Part shown: positions 1 to 9,636 of the stretch, piece after piece
Numbering within the stretch: position 1 is the stretch's first letter
Layout of the letters: every line of letters starts with the position of its first letter
Source of the DNA: Nitrospirota bacterium
GTDB lineage: Bacteria > Nitrospirota > UBA9217
Direction of reading: 5' to 3'
DNA length: 64,000 nt
Assembly: GCA_963751455.1 (NCBI GenBank)
Contig: CAVVUN010000003.1
Location: 320,001-384,000 of the forward strand
Notes under the pieces: model-generated
Database searches by the model: none
What the model was told of the DNA's origin: nothing
What the model saw: only the letters and a program-made list of their open reading frames with translations
Translations under genes and position numbers: made by a program

Positions 1-69
1 TCTCTTAAACAGAATAAGTACAGGTGCCTTTATCGTTAATATAGCGCACAAATTGCACAAAGATCGCCC

Positions 70-1377
70 CGTTGCTTCATAATTAAATGTTACCGGAAGA
101 TAGTAAGTTATGTGTTGGTTCGGTTTTACGTTTTAAAGATCTTTTTAAGCTTAACCTCCAAGGCTTTTCTCAGCTCAAAAGGGTTTAGCGTTTTATATTG
201 TTCTTTGAGTTTGCGCTTTGTTTCCTCGGAGACGTCGGGAGACTCCAGGACTCTCCGGTAAGGGGTTTTGGGCTTATCATAGCGTTTCACGGTCTTTGAA
301 GCAACTCGTTTCTTTTCCAGCAGCTTCACCGAAGGACAGAAGAAGTTCAGAAACAGCCTCCATTCGGAGGTATAAAGCTCATTCATGAGAGGAACAGCCT
401 CCGGAGAGTCCAGGCGATCGTAGCCGAGCCATTGCCTCACATGGGTCCAGTTTTTCTGCTCGATATGGGCATTATCGTCCTTTTTATAGGCCCTGCTCCT
501 GGTGAACTGAATCGGCCGTTTCCTCTCCGTCAGATAGCGAAGCAGGTGATGGTTTAAGAACTCACTGCCGTTGTCCGCGTCAAAACCCAGGATCGGGAAC
601 GGCAGGGATTGTTCGATATCCTTGATCTGGTCGATGACATCCTTGATAGTTTTTGCCCCAGACGGCACGCTGTTCCGTCCAGCCGGTTGCGATGTCCACG
701 CAGTCGACGGTATTGGCATACATGCCTTCTGTAGAGCTTCCGCAGTGGGCTACGGTATCGGCTTCCAGGAAGCCCGGCCGGGATTCATCCCATTGGTTGG
801 TTTTCACCGGGATATGCCTTCTTAAGAGCGTTCCCGGCTTGGTGGTGGCCCTGCCGTGCTTGGTATACTCTGCGCGGACCGGGTTTAGTATCCGGTCGAT
901 GCTCGACGGAGATATTCTGAGCAAGGCCGCTGCCGTCTCCTGCGAGATGGGGCCATAGGTCTTGATATATCCCGGCAGCCATTCCGGGATGATGGCCTTA
1001 AGGCGCTTTGAGCATGGCAGATTTGCCGTCTTCCAGATGCGCTTTAAGGGTATCAGGAGCGTCTCAGTGTCATATACCGGCTTTCTGCCTCGTTTTGCCG
1101 GAGTCTTTTGAGTAAATCGCCGGAAGGTCCGCAGAAGCCTGAGCGCATGCTTTCGGTGATACCCGCAGGTTGAACAGAACTCGTTCAGGATCGCTGTTTT
1201 TATCTTCCGGGAGGCGGCCCGGTACCGTTTAACGATTGCAGCCAGATACTCCCGTTTTGATCGTGGACTCATCAGAACTAACCCTCCTTTTGGGGGTATA
1301 GTTCCGGTAACATGCATTATGAGTCAACGATACTTTTCAAAATGCGGTTGGGTAACATTTATTGTGAGTCAATTCGT
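70..1377 (-). mobile_element. ISNCY/IS481-like insertion sequence with frameshifted DDE transposase
   Basis: Imperfect inverted repeats CGTTGCTTCATAATTAAATGTTACCG (70-95) and CGGTAACATGCATTATGAGTCAACG (about 1305-1329), with a related copy at about 1350-1377, flank the transposase. Confidence 0.75.
126..1317 (-). pseudogene. Integrase-core (rve) transposase split into two frames
   Basis: 580..1317 has an HTH and PGFLEADTVAHCG; 126..719 continues with DADNGSEF and DDNAHIEQKN. The frame switches near AVWGK (about 650). Confidence 0.85.
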
Positions 1378-1528
1378 CGCCGCCAAGCCGTTTGACAGAG
1401 AAACTGAGTACTTTAATAGCGGAGTGGAATCAATACAATAATCCTCTTTGGTGACTTTCCGATGCCGGCAGATCTCTCCCTGTATCTCCATCTTGTATCA
1501 TTGACTTTCATAATACGCTTCGATTATC

Positions 1529-1861
1529 GTGACTCTTCAAAAAAAAGATAAAAATAAACCAGGCTGCTGGTTGCTGTATATTCTGAGATGCAAGGACGGC
1601 ACGCTCTACACCGGCATCACGAATAACCTCGAGCGCCGCGTCAGTCAGCATAATAAAGGTACTGCCTCACGCTATACTCGAAGCCGGCTTCCCGCGAGGC
1701 TCGTATACCGCGAGCGCTGCAGGGACAGGTCCAGCGCCTTGAAAAAGGAATGCAGGATGAAGGCGCTGGCCAGGAAAGACAAAGAAGAATATATTAAAGC
1801 CAGGCAGAGCAGAAGCACGGCAGCCGCAAAAATGCGCGCGGTCCTCAAAGGAAGCCGATAA
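1529..1861 (+). CDS. GIY-YIG nuclease (UPF0213/YhbQ-like)
   Basis: LYILRCKDGTLYTGIT...RRVSQHN...ASRYTR motif. Confidence 0.9.
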   Translation: MTLQKKDKNKPGCWLLYILRCKDGTLYTGITNNLERRVSQHNKGTASRYTRSRLPARLVYRERCRDRSSALKKECRMKALARKDKEEYIKARQSRSTAAAKMRAVLKGSR

Positions 1862-1877
1862 TTAATCGATTTTCTCT

Positions 1878-3020
1878 ATGAATAGTTTATCGCTGGAATC
1901 ATATCGTAAAGAGTTTCCTGTAACGGACAGGTATATATACCTGGACCACTCCGGTATTGCTCCGATGTGCTTAAGAGTAAGGCGGGCAATCGAAAAATTC
2001 CTGCTTGAATCAGCTGAAGGCGGCGCGTTTCATTATCCAGGCTGGCTGCAGAGGATCGCCGAGGTCAGGAAATCCTGCGCATGCCTGATCAATGCGGCTC
2101 CGGAAGAGCTTGCCTTTGTAAAGAGCACCTCGCATGGTCTTTCCATCGTTGCAGAAGGCCTTGACTGGAAGCCCGGGGACAACCTTCTTATTTATGAAAA
2201 AGAATTCCCATCCAATATATTCCCCTGGCTGAACCTGAGAAGAAAAGGTGTGGAGATAAAAACCATTCCTTCCCGCGACGGCAGAGTCGTGACGGAAGAC
2301 ATAGCGGATCTCATGACCTCCCGGACCCGGCTTCTGGCCGTGAGCTCTGTCCAGTTCTCGAACGGTTTCAGGATCGATCTGAAGAAAACAGGGGAGCTTT
2401 GCCGCCGGAAGAAAGTCCTGTTCTGTGTCGACGCTATCCAGAGCCTTGGCGTTATTCCCATGGACGTAAAAGAATATAACATCGACTTTCTTTCGGCCGA
2501 CGGTCATAAATGGCTGCTCGGACCCGAAGGCATCGGCATCTTCTATTGCAGACAAGAACTTGCCGAACAGCTCAATCCGCCGCTTGTCGGCTGGAAAAGT
2601 GTCAAGAACGATCTCTCATTCGATATGCCGGATTTTTGCCTTAAAACAAATGCGCTTCGGTTTGAAGAAGGATCGATGAACGTTATGGGCATTTTCGGGC
2701 TGGGGGCAGCTGTTGATCTTCTGCTTGAAGTTGGAATTGAGAATATTGAAGAGCGCGTTTTCGGCCTGGGTGATTTCATTATTAAGGAAGCCGAAAAGAG
2801 GGGCTTTACGATATTGACGCCGAAAAAGAAGGCGGCGCGTGGAGGCAATATTACATTTACGGGTAATTTCGACGCGGCCGGTGTCAGAGAAAAATTGCTG
2901 AACAACGGGATAATGGTGAATGTTCGGGGCGGCGGTCTTCGCGTGTCGCCGCATTTCTATAATAATCAAGAAGAGCTCGAACGCTTTTTTGCAGTGCTTG
3001 ACAAGGTCACGAAACGCTAG
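1878..3020 (+). CDS. Class V PLP-dependent aminotransferase (cysteine desulfurase/selenocysteine lyase-like)
   Basis: YLDHSG, VDAIQSLG, ADGHKWLLGP (PLP lysine), LRVSPHFYN. Confidence 0.9.
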   Translation: MNSLSLESYRKEFPVTDRYIYLDHSGIAPMCLRVRRAIEKFLLESAEGGAFHYPGWLQRIAEVRKSCACLINAAPEELAFVKSTSHGLSIVAEGLDWKPGDNLLIYEKEFPSNIFPWLNLRRKGVEIKTIPSRDGRVVTEDIADLMTSRTRLLAVSSVQFSNGFRIDLKKTGELCRRKKVLFCVDAIQSLGVIPMDVKEYNIDFLSADGHKWLLGPEGIGIFYCRQELAEQLNPPLVGWKSVKNDLSFDMPDFCLKTNALRFEEGSMNVMGIFGLGAAVDLLLEVGIENIEERVFGLGDFIIKEAEKRGFTILTPKKKAARGGNITFTGNFDAAGVREKLLNNGIMVNVRGGGLRVSPHFYNNQEELERFFAVLDKVTKR

Positions 3021-3289
3021 CCAAAAGAACTAAGCGCTTCTCCCTTCACGGTCCATCCTGCGTACGCTGATCTGTTGCATCCTTGTCATTGCGTTGTCTT
3101 CAACATCTCCTTGACATTACTCGTCTGTCTGTGTAAAAATTTAACCGGTAATGTGATAATCATCGTTCGGCACTGAAAAACCGCACTGCAAAGCAGTCAG
3201 CTGCGGGAAAGCACGCTCCGGAACGTCAAAGCGGATAGTCATGTAAACCGTTCATCAGCATGTTCGACGGAATAATTCGAACATCTTTC

Positions 3290-3311
3290 TATTTCAACAA
3301 TTATTGAAATA
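3290..3311. promoter_or_regulatory. Palindromic operator, probably for the adjacent ArsR-type regulator
   Basis: TATTTCAACAATTATTGAAATA just upstream of the regulator; near-identical copy at 3667-3690. Confidence 0.65.
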
Positions 3312-3337
3312 CGAAAAAAGCTTGCATGGAGGGGGCA

Positions 3338-3658
3338 ATGATGCAGCTGACGAAACAAACAATGCCGGAAACAATGTATCGGGCATCAAGATGCTGCAGG
3401 GTTCTCGGAAACCCTACGGCATACCTCGTTGTGCGGTCACTTGGGGCCAAGCGGAAGACGCCTGGAGAGCTGAGCCAGAGTTTACACGTTCCGGTCACTA
3501 CCATTTCAATGACGCTGCGTCACTTGCGGCAGGTGGACCTGGTAAGATATGAGGCCAGGGGAAATACAAAGCACTATTGGCTCAAGAACAGGAATGTCCT
3601 GGACATACTCAATTCATTCGAGAACTGGGTTGAAACTATGCGAAGCTGCCAGTCCTGA
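3338..3658 (+). CDS. ArsR/SmtB-family winged-helix regulator
   Basis: RVLGNP...TPGELSQSLHVPVTTISMTLRHLRQVDLV; GGAGG RBS before ATG 3338. Confidence 0.8.
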   Translation: MMQLTKQTMPETMYRASRCCRVLGNPTAYLVVRSLGAKRKTPGELSQSLHVPVTTISMTLRHLRQVDLVRYEARGNTKHYWLKNRNVLDILNSFENWVETMRSCQS

Positions 3659-3666
3659 CAATTTCC

Positions 3667-3690
3667 GTATTTCAACAATTGTTGAAATAC
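3667..3690. promoter_or_regulatory. Second copy of the operator palindrome
   Basis: Perfect palindrome GTATTTCAACAATTGTTGAAATAC upstream of the hydrolase. Confidence 0.65.
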
Positions 3691-3755
3691 TGTTTGTTCG
3701 GCAACTCAATAAAAAAAAATCCGAGGCGGAAAGTGTATTTCTTCGAAAAATATAT

Positions 3756-4724
3756 ATGCGAAAAACAGTCGTTGCGATAATGGCATTTGCCCTTTTTGAA
3801 ATCAGCATGGGCTGCACTAAGACCATTCCCGAAACTTCTGACGAACAATGCCCACGGATGGTCAAGGCAAATGGCGTTGAGATCTGTACCCAGAGCTTTG
3901 GAAACGAAAAGGACCCCGCCATTCTTCTGATCATGGGAGCCACTGCGTCGATGCTGAGCTGGGAAGACGATTTTTGCCGGCAGCTTGCCAACGGAGGCAG
4001 GTATGTGATCCGATATGACAACCGCGACACAGGCCGCTCGATAACCTATCCTGCAGGTAAACCTGAGTACAGCCTGAACGACCTGGTAAAAGACGCAGTC
4101 GGCGTGCTCGACGCCTATCGGATAGACCGTGCACATATTGCCGGCGCATCCATGGGCGGGATGATTGCCCAACTTCTCGGAATTAATCATCCTGGCCGCG
4201 TTCTCAGTCTGACACTCATCATGTCGAGCCCTCACGGTCCCGAAGATCCGGACCTTCCTCCGATGTCCGAAAAGGTCCTGACTCATTTCCAGTCCGGGGG
4301 TTCCGTTGACTGGTCCAATGAAGCTGCGGTCATCGACTCCAGAGTAGCGACAATGCGCGTGCTTGGCGGTTCCGAGCGTACTTTTGATGAGCAGCGGGCG
4401 CGCCGTCTCGTAAGGAGAGAAACGAAACGGGCCATCAACCTTGCCAGTATGAACAATCACGCGTTGATGACGAGCGAGAGGTGGCGTGAGCGGCTTGGAA
4501 AGATTAAAGCACGGACGCTGGTGATCCATGGAACGGACGACCCGGTGCTTCCGTACGGGCATGGAAAAGCCCTTTCGAAGGAAATCCCTGGCGCGTCACT
4601 GTTGACGCTTGAAGGAGGCGGCCACGAACTGCACCCCGATGACTGTGAAACCATTATTAGGACAATGCTTCGGCACACATCAGTGGAGCCCCCACCGGCA
4701 GGAGCCGGTGGCTCCCTCAAATAA
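3756..4724 (+). CDS. Alpha/beta hydrolase (RdmC-like esterase), possibly a lipoprotein
   Basis: GASMGG nucleophile elbow, YDNRDTGRS, HGTDDP, GGGH; hydrophobic N-terminus ending SMGC. The last residues come from a repeat element. Confidence 0.85.
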   Translation: MRKTVVAIMAFALFEISMGCTKTIPETSDEQCPRMVKANGVEICTQSFGNEKDPAILLIMGATASMLSWEDDFCRQLANGGRYVIRYDNRDTGRSITYPAGKPEYSLNDLVKDAVGVLDAYRIDRAHIAGASMGGMIAQLLGINHPGRVLSLTLIMSSPHGPEDPDLPPMSEKVLTHFQSGGSVDWSNEAAVIDSRVATMRVLGGSERTFDEQRARRLVRRETKRAINLASMNNHALMTSERWRERLGKIKARTLVIHGTDDPVLPYGHGKALSKEIPGASLLTLEGGGHELHPDDCETIIRTMLRHTSVEPPPAGAGGSLK

Positions 4725-4876
4725 CGCGACCTCCCGCCTGCACCAAGCGTTTACGAGTGCGCTTAGCGCGAGTGCATGGCGGAACTGCGAACTCGCGACC
4801 GCGAGGCTCATCAGGCCTCGCGCGAGTGAGCGCTTTCCACCCCCGGCGGGAGCCGGGGGATGCCAAGGCGCGGGAT
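4682..4876. mobile_element. Palindrome-ended non-autonomous element, family 2, copy 1
   Basis: Near-identical to 24505-24654; terminal hairpins CCACCGGC-AGGA-GCCGGTGG and CCCCCGGC-GGGA-GCCGGGGG; carries an extra internal hairpin. Confidence 0.7.
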
Positions 4877-5071
4877 AACGCTTGCCGCTCTGCCTCCTGC
4901 TCGTTCGTTTCATGTTTCGGTTTCGTCCTTGACATTCTTCCCCGGTATATGCAACAATTTCATAGTTTAAGCTGAATATTTAGATAATCAGCAACTGTTC
5001 AATATGTCCTTATTACCGCTTGTCCGTGGATAATTTCGACATTTTTTAATTTTTTTCCTGGGGAGGGTCTT

Positions 5072-6310
5072 ATGCAGCAGAAGGCAATTTCTGTCAGACA
5101 GGTTTTAAGCCTGCCGGTCATTGTTGCGGCTCTCGGCTATTTCGTCGACATCTATGACCTCGTGCTCTTCAGCATCGTCCGTGTTCCGAGCCTCAAGTCG
5201 TTCGCGCTTTCCGGGCAGCAGCTTACTGATTATGGTGTATATCTTCTGAACATGCAGATGGCGGGCATGCTCGTCGGCGGAATCATCTGGGGTATTCTCG
5301 GCGACCGGAAGGGACGTCTCAAGATCATGTTCGGCTCGATCTTCCTCTACTCGGCTGCAAACTTCGCAAACGGAATGGTGACGTCTCTTGAGGCGTATGC
5401 CTGGCTGCGCTTCATCGCCGGCATCGGGCTCGCGGGTGAGCTGGGCGCCGGTGTCACTCTTGTCTCCGAGGTGCTGCACACGAGCATCCGGGGTTACGGC
5501 ACGATGCTCGTCGCTTCCGTTGGGGTGTCGGGCGCAATCCTGGCAAACATGATCGCAAGCACCTATGACTGGAGGACCGCTTTCATGATCGGCGGCGTAC
5601 TCGGACTCCTGCTGCTCGTTGCCAGGATCAGCGTTTCCGAATCCGGTATGTTCCGGACCATGGAGGGAAAGACTGCGCTCGCGCGGGGCAATTTCCTTGC
5701 GCTTTTTACGGAGCGGAAACGCTTTTTCCGCTATCTCAACTCAATCATGATCGGCGTTCCGATCTGGTTTCTAGTGGCGATTCCGATCACGTTCTCTCCG
5801 GAGTTCGCAAAGGCGCTCGGTACCACCGGTCCCGTAACGGCCGGGAACGCGGTCATGTTCTGCTACCTGGGCCTGGTATTCGGCGACTTGTCCAGCGGGC
5901 TGCTCAGCCAGGCATTGAAGAGCAGAAAAAAAGTAATCCTTCTTTTCATGCTGCTGACCGTTGCCTCTATCGCGCTCTACTTCCTGCAGGGAGCTCAGAC
6001 GCCCGGCTTCTTCTACGGTGTCTGCCTTGTGCTTGGATTCGCGGGCGGATATTGGGCCATATTTGTAACCGTTGCCGCGGAACAGTTCGGCACGAACCTT
6101 CGCGCTACCGTTGCCACGACGGTACCCAACTTTGTACGGGGCATAGTGGTCCCGATCACGCTTCTCTTCCAGTTCTTCCGGCAGTACTTCGGGCTCGAAG
6201 GCGGCGCTCTCATCGTTGGAACGCTCTGCCTGGTTGCGGGGTTCCTTGCCCTGTCTTCGCTTGAAGAGACCTTCCACAAGAACCTGGATTACTACGAAGA
6301 ATTTCTATAG
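5072..6310 (+). CDS. MFS transporter
   Basis: About 12 hydrophobic segments; GILGDRKGR motif A; EQFGTNLRAT. Confidence 0.9.
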   Translation: MQQKAISVRQVLSLPVIVAALGYFVDIYDLVLFSIVRVPSLKSFALSGQQLTDYGVYLLNMQMAGMLVGGIIWGILGDRKGRLKIMFGSIFLYSAANFANGMVTSLEAYAWLRFIAGIGLAGELGAGVTLVSEVLHTSIRGYGTMLVASVGVSGAILANMIASTYDWRTAFMIGGVLGLLLLVARISVSESGMFRTMEGKTALARGNFLALFTERKRFFRYLNSIMIGVPIWFLVAIPITFSPEFAKALGTTGPVTAGNAVMFCYLGLVFGDLSSGLLSQALKSRKKVILLFMLLTVASIALYFLQGAQTPGFFYGVCLVLGFAGGYWAIFVTVAAEQFGTNLRATVATTVPNFVRGIVVPITLLFQFFRQYFGLEGGALIVGTLCLVAGFLALSSLEETFHKNLDYYEEFL

Positions 6311-6379
6311 ACACAAGGCGGGCGGAGAGGTACTTTAAAAAGGTGCGATAACAGAAGCTGCTTTTAAAAAAGGAGAACT

Positions 6380-7024
6380 GTGTTGCTGCCGAATCCTCCA
6401 ATCGTCATAACAATGTTTTTTGCTTTTCTCGGCCTGATCTTTCTTATCATCGCCATTGCGGCCCTGAAGAAAAGAAAAATGTTCGGCACCGCAATGAGTT
6501 TCATGCTGGCGTTGCTGATGCTCTCCTTGTTCGCCCTTTTCGGTACCGTAAGTATTGCCATCCAGGGGTATAACGCCTTGACCAGGGAGGAGCTCGCTGC
6601 AAGGGTGAACGTCGAACCAATAGGAGAGCAGGCGTTCATGGCCAGGTTTTCCATGCCGGATGGCAGCGAAAAAACCTTCTCGCTTGCCGGTGATCAGCTT
6701 TACATTGACGCCCACATTCTCAAATGGAAGCCGTGGGCAAACATATTCGGGATGCACACCTCCTATGAGCTCGATCGTGTTGCAGGCCGCTATGCAATGC
6801 TCCGTGATGAAACAACAAAGGTCCATACAGTGTATACGTTGTCAAAAGAGAAATCCCTGGACATGTTCGATCTGCGGCGCAGGTTTCAGATTCTTAATCC
6901 CCTGCTTGATGCTGAATATGGGTCCGCCACATTCATCAATTCGAACAGCAAGGAGGAATTCAGGGTATTGGTTTCAACCACAGGACTGCTGATTCGCAAG
7001 TCGGAACCTGTGACGGCTCCATAG
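6380..7024 (+). CDS. Hypothetical membrane-anchored protein
   Basis: Two N-terminal TM helices and a soluble domain; start codon uncertain. Confidence 0.7.
   Translation: MLLPNPPIVITMFFAFLGLIFLIIAIAALKKRKMFGTAMSFMLALLMLSLFALFGTVSIAIQGYNALTREELAARVNVEPIGEQAFMARFSMPDGSEKTFSLAGDQLYIDAHILKWKPWANIFGMHTSYELDRVAGRYAMLRDETTKVHTVYTLSKEKSLDMFDLRRRFQILNPLLDAEYGSATFINSNSKEEFRVLVSTTGLLIRKSEPVTAP
6855..7019 (+). repeat. 165-bp direct repeat, copy 1 (3' end of 6380..7024)
   Basis: Same as 7802-7966 except 4 substitutions. Confidence 0.9.
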
Positions 7025-7224
7025 TTACAGTGGAATGGCTGTTTTATTTGCCGTTTGGCAACAGGGGCAGGCTGCGGATGATTACAACGAAGCTTGGGGT
7101 GTCCCGGTGAGTTTCAATTAAACAATCGGTGGGGAAAAAAACAAAGACGGGCGCTGAAGAACCGCGCCCCCCCTTCACGACTTTGTTCCAGTTGGTGATG
7201 ATATCGCTGAACGGGATGCAGACG

Positions 7225-7527
7225 CTATTGCTTGGTGCGACGAGAATCGAGCCACCGTTTGAGCGATTGCGGGTTCTCTCCGCTTGGCCGCCCTGCCAAT
7301 AAGCCCTCAAGCCCGATGTGTTCGTCTATGTCGGGCCATTCAATAGCGTAACCATCGCCTAACAATTGCCAGCGCATCCGCTCTTCCTGTGAAGCATTGA
7401 GCAGGCGAGGATACCAGGCTAAAGGAACGCTGATACGACGACCATCAGTGAGATATACTGTCAAGTCATCATCTGTCACGGACACTTTTACAGCAGTAGG
7501 TTCTACATCAAGCACCAAAGTACTCAT
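7225..7527 (-). CDS. DUF2442-family antitoxin-like protein
   Basis: LTDGRRISVPLAWYPRL...IEWPDIDEHI; overlaps the DUF4160 gene. Confidence 0.85.
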   Translation of the reverse strand: MSTLVLDVEPTAVKVSVTDDDLTVYLTDGRRISVPLAWYPRLLNASQEERMRWQLLGDGYAIEWPDIDEHIGLEGLLAGRPSGENPQSLKRWLDSRRTKQ

Positions 7528-7744
7528 GCCACGCCTCCAAAAGGGCCGGTGCATGCTTTGCCACAAGACGAGCAATGTGGTTCAACTCATGTCCTTGAAA
7601 GCCCCGGTTTTTTGCAAGTGCGACCGGATCAAGCCAAAACTTGGCGATTAGACGTTCTCGTTTTACATGAATATGAGGAGGTTCCCCTTTGTCAGAACTG
7701 AAAAAGACGAAACGATAGGGGCCATCCTCAAGCACGGTCGGCAT
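7508..7744 (-). CDS. DUF4160-family (HicA-like) toxin
   Basis: YRFVFFSSDKGEPPHIHV...AKFWL...WHEYF. Confidence 0.85.
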   Translation of the reverse strand: MPTVLEDGPYRFVFFSSDKGEPPHIHVKRERLIAKFWLDPVALAKNRGFQGHELNHIARLVAKHAPALLEAWHEYFGA

Positions 7745-7801
7745 AGATAATAATAGCAAAACCAGCCGACGGTTTCAACGTATTTTACCAGAAAGTCAAG
7801 G

Positions 7802-7966
7802 CCCTGGACATGTTCGATCTGCGGCGCAGGTTTCAGATTCTTAATCCCCTGCTTGATGCTGAATATGGGTCCGCCACATTCATCAATTCGAACAGCAGGG
7901 AAGAATTCAGGGTATTGGTTTCCACCACAGGACTGCTGATTCGCAAGTCGGAACCTGTGACAGCTC
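7802..7966 (+). repeat. 165-bp direct repeat, copy 2
   Basis: Duplicate of 6855-7019. Confidence 0.9.
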
Positions 7967-8538
7967 ACTGACCTATGGCGAGCGTTTATGAAACCCTTGA
8001 TTCCCGTCTCGCGATTCTCAGCGAGATGGTACGATAACGGGTCTACGATTTACCCTTGATTCTCGTCTCGTGCAATAAAGCCCCCTCTCCCTTTTTCCCT
8101 CTCCCTCCAGGGGGCTCCAGGGGAGAGGGGCAGGGGTGAGGGAAATTTATCTATCGAGGGTACGACAAGTGGGTCTAAGTATTATTATGCTAAGCGTGAA
8201 TAAAGTTTGAAATTCATGCCGGGAAGAAGTCTGGAAGACCTCCACAGCGCAACCCATTCCATCGAATGGGCCGGTTCCCGCCAGTTTTTTTACGTTTTCC
8301 AAGGCACTTTTCAGGCACAATCCCAACAAAGGCACTATCTGACGGACTCCCTATATCCAGCCGTCGCATAATCGGCTTTCTTAGGCATGTTCTCCGAACG
8401 CTAACCGTGGTGAATGTTTGACTTTGTTTATCATAGTTCTTCCTGTAGTTTTGGTGTTTCAAGCCAACGCAACAATAGAAGCTTTATCAGGAATTTATAT
8501 CGGACATTACCTTTTGGATAGACCTTTCAAACTTCACC

Positions 8539-8567
8539 TTGACACACACACTCGCATAAAATATACT
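8539..8567 (+). promoter_or_regulatory. Pc-like cassette promoter, region A
   Basis: TTGACA-N17-TATACT; flanks are homologous to 38352-38380. Confidence 0.7.
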
Positions 8568-8680
8568 TCGCAAAGATAAAGTTGCACAATATTCATCCCA
8601 GTAAATCCGAATTTCCGTACTTTTTACGATCAAATATTGCCATGCCGGCTTTGCACTTTGGTGCGTCATTATATTAATTT

Positions 8681-8740
8681 TTCACCCCAGTATTACCGGA
8701 TTTTTTGAAATACCGGGGCGGTTTCCGTCCTTTCAAACAC
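8681..8740 (+). other. Conserved structured leader motif, copy A
   Basis: Homologous to 38494-38554; hairpin with compensatory changes. Confidence 0.6.
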
Positions 8741-8742
8741 GT

Positions 8743-8879
8743 GTTCTCCCGGCGCTTCGCGCCGCGAGAACCCCCGGGTGATCGGCTGAACCGTTCTCCC
8801 GCGAAACCAGCGCGGGAGAACAACCGGTTCGATACGGCCTTTGCCCCTGCGGGGCAAGCCGATCACCCGGGGGTTAATT
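8743..8879. repeat. Multi-branch palindromic element ending in GTT before the first cassette
   Basis: AACCCCCGGGTGATCGGCT ... AGCCGATCACCCGGGGGTT stem, with GTTCTC/GAGAAC hairpins in front of and inside it. Confidence 0.65.
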
Positions 8880-8892
8880 TGATAGGAGGCTG

Positions 8893-9571
8893 ATGGTGGC
8901 AGAAAAAACTATCAAAACATTTGCGTCACTACACAAAGCGGTCATGCAAAATGATGAAAAGGGCCATGATTTATCGTGGCGTAAAAGACACCTCGCATAA
9001 ACTCGTACCAAAAGTTTGTCGCTACGAGAACTTCAAAAGATTATCTCTTGAAGAAATGGAGAAGGAAGAGAAAACCATGCTCCGTTTATTCCGCGAGCGT
9101 GCTTGGTCAAGCCTTCCGGATGTCAAGACGACGAACTGGGAGTTGCTTGCGCTTGCGCAACATCATGGGCTACCAACTCGTCTATTAGATTGGTCGCGCA
9201 ACCCTTTAGTGGCGGTTTTCTTTGCAGTGGAGGACGAGCATGACGGAGACAGCTTGATTTATGCATTCAATAACAATAGGTTCATTAAGATCGATGAAAA
9301 CCCCGATCCATTTAAACGGACAAAAGTAGGGAAGTTCATTCCCAACCACATAACACCGCGAATTACAGCCCAAGCCGGCATTTTCACTATACACCCTGAT
9401 CCTCGTCAAGCATACAACTCAGAGGAAATTGATCATTGGATAATCCCGAATAAAAGTCGGCAAGAACTGAAAAGAGTTCTTTATAAATACGGCATCCACA
9501 AGGCCACACTCTTCCCCAACTTGGATGGACTAGCCAAGCATATTGCGTGGCTTAGAACCGATCAGCATTGA
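8893..9571 (+). pseudogene. FRG-domain protein with one extra G near 8961
   Basis: LAQHHGLPTRLLDWS...RITAQAGIF. GGAGG+ATG 8893 gives MVAEKTIKTFASLH, which joins MIYRG in frame if one G of AAAAGGGCC is removed. Confidence 0.8.
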
Positions 9572-9626
9572 CCTAACCCTACCAGGAGAGAAATGCTGAG
9601 CTGCATTCCTCACATCGACGTCAATA
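9571..9626 (+). other. Degenerate attC-like site
   Basis: ACCTAAC at the stop codon, inner hairpin, ends GTCAATA rather than GTT. Confidence 0.4.
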
Positions 9627-9636
9627 GGAGCATAAG

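Noticed and set aside
580-719. Programmed frameshift in the first transposase
   Set aside because: The shift lies inside the catalytic core with only a short A run; decay is more likely.
3150-3285. Possible riboswitch upstream of the ArsR gene
   Set aside because: Small hairpins only; no aptamer consensus recognised. An Rfam scan would be needed.
4609-4975. Short ORFs with PPPAGAGG (also 24503-24785)
   Set aside because: Read-through of repeat family 2.
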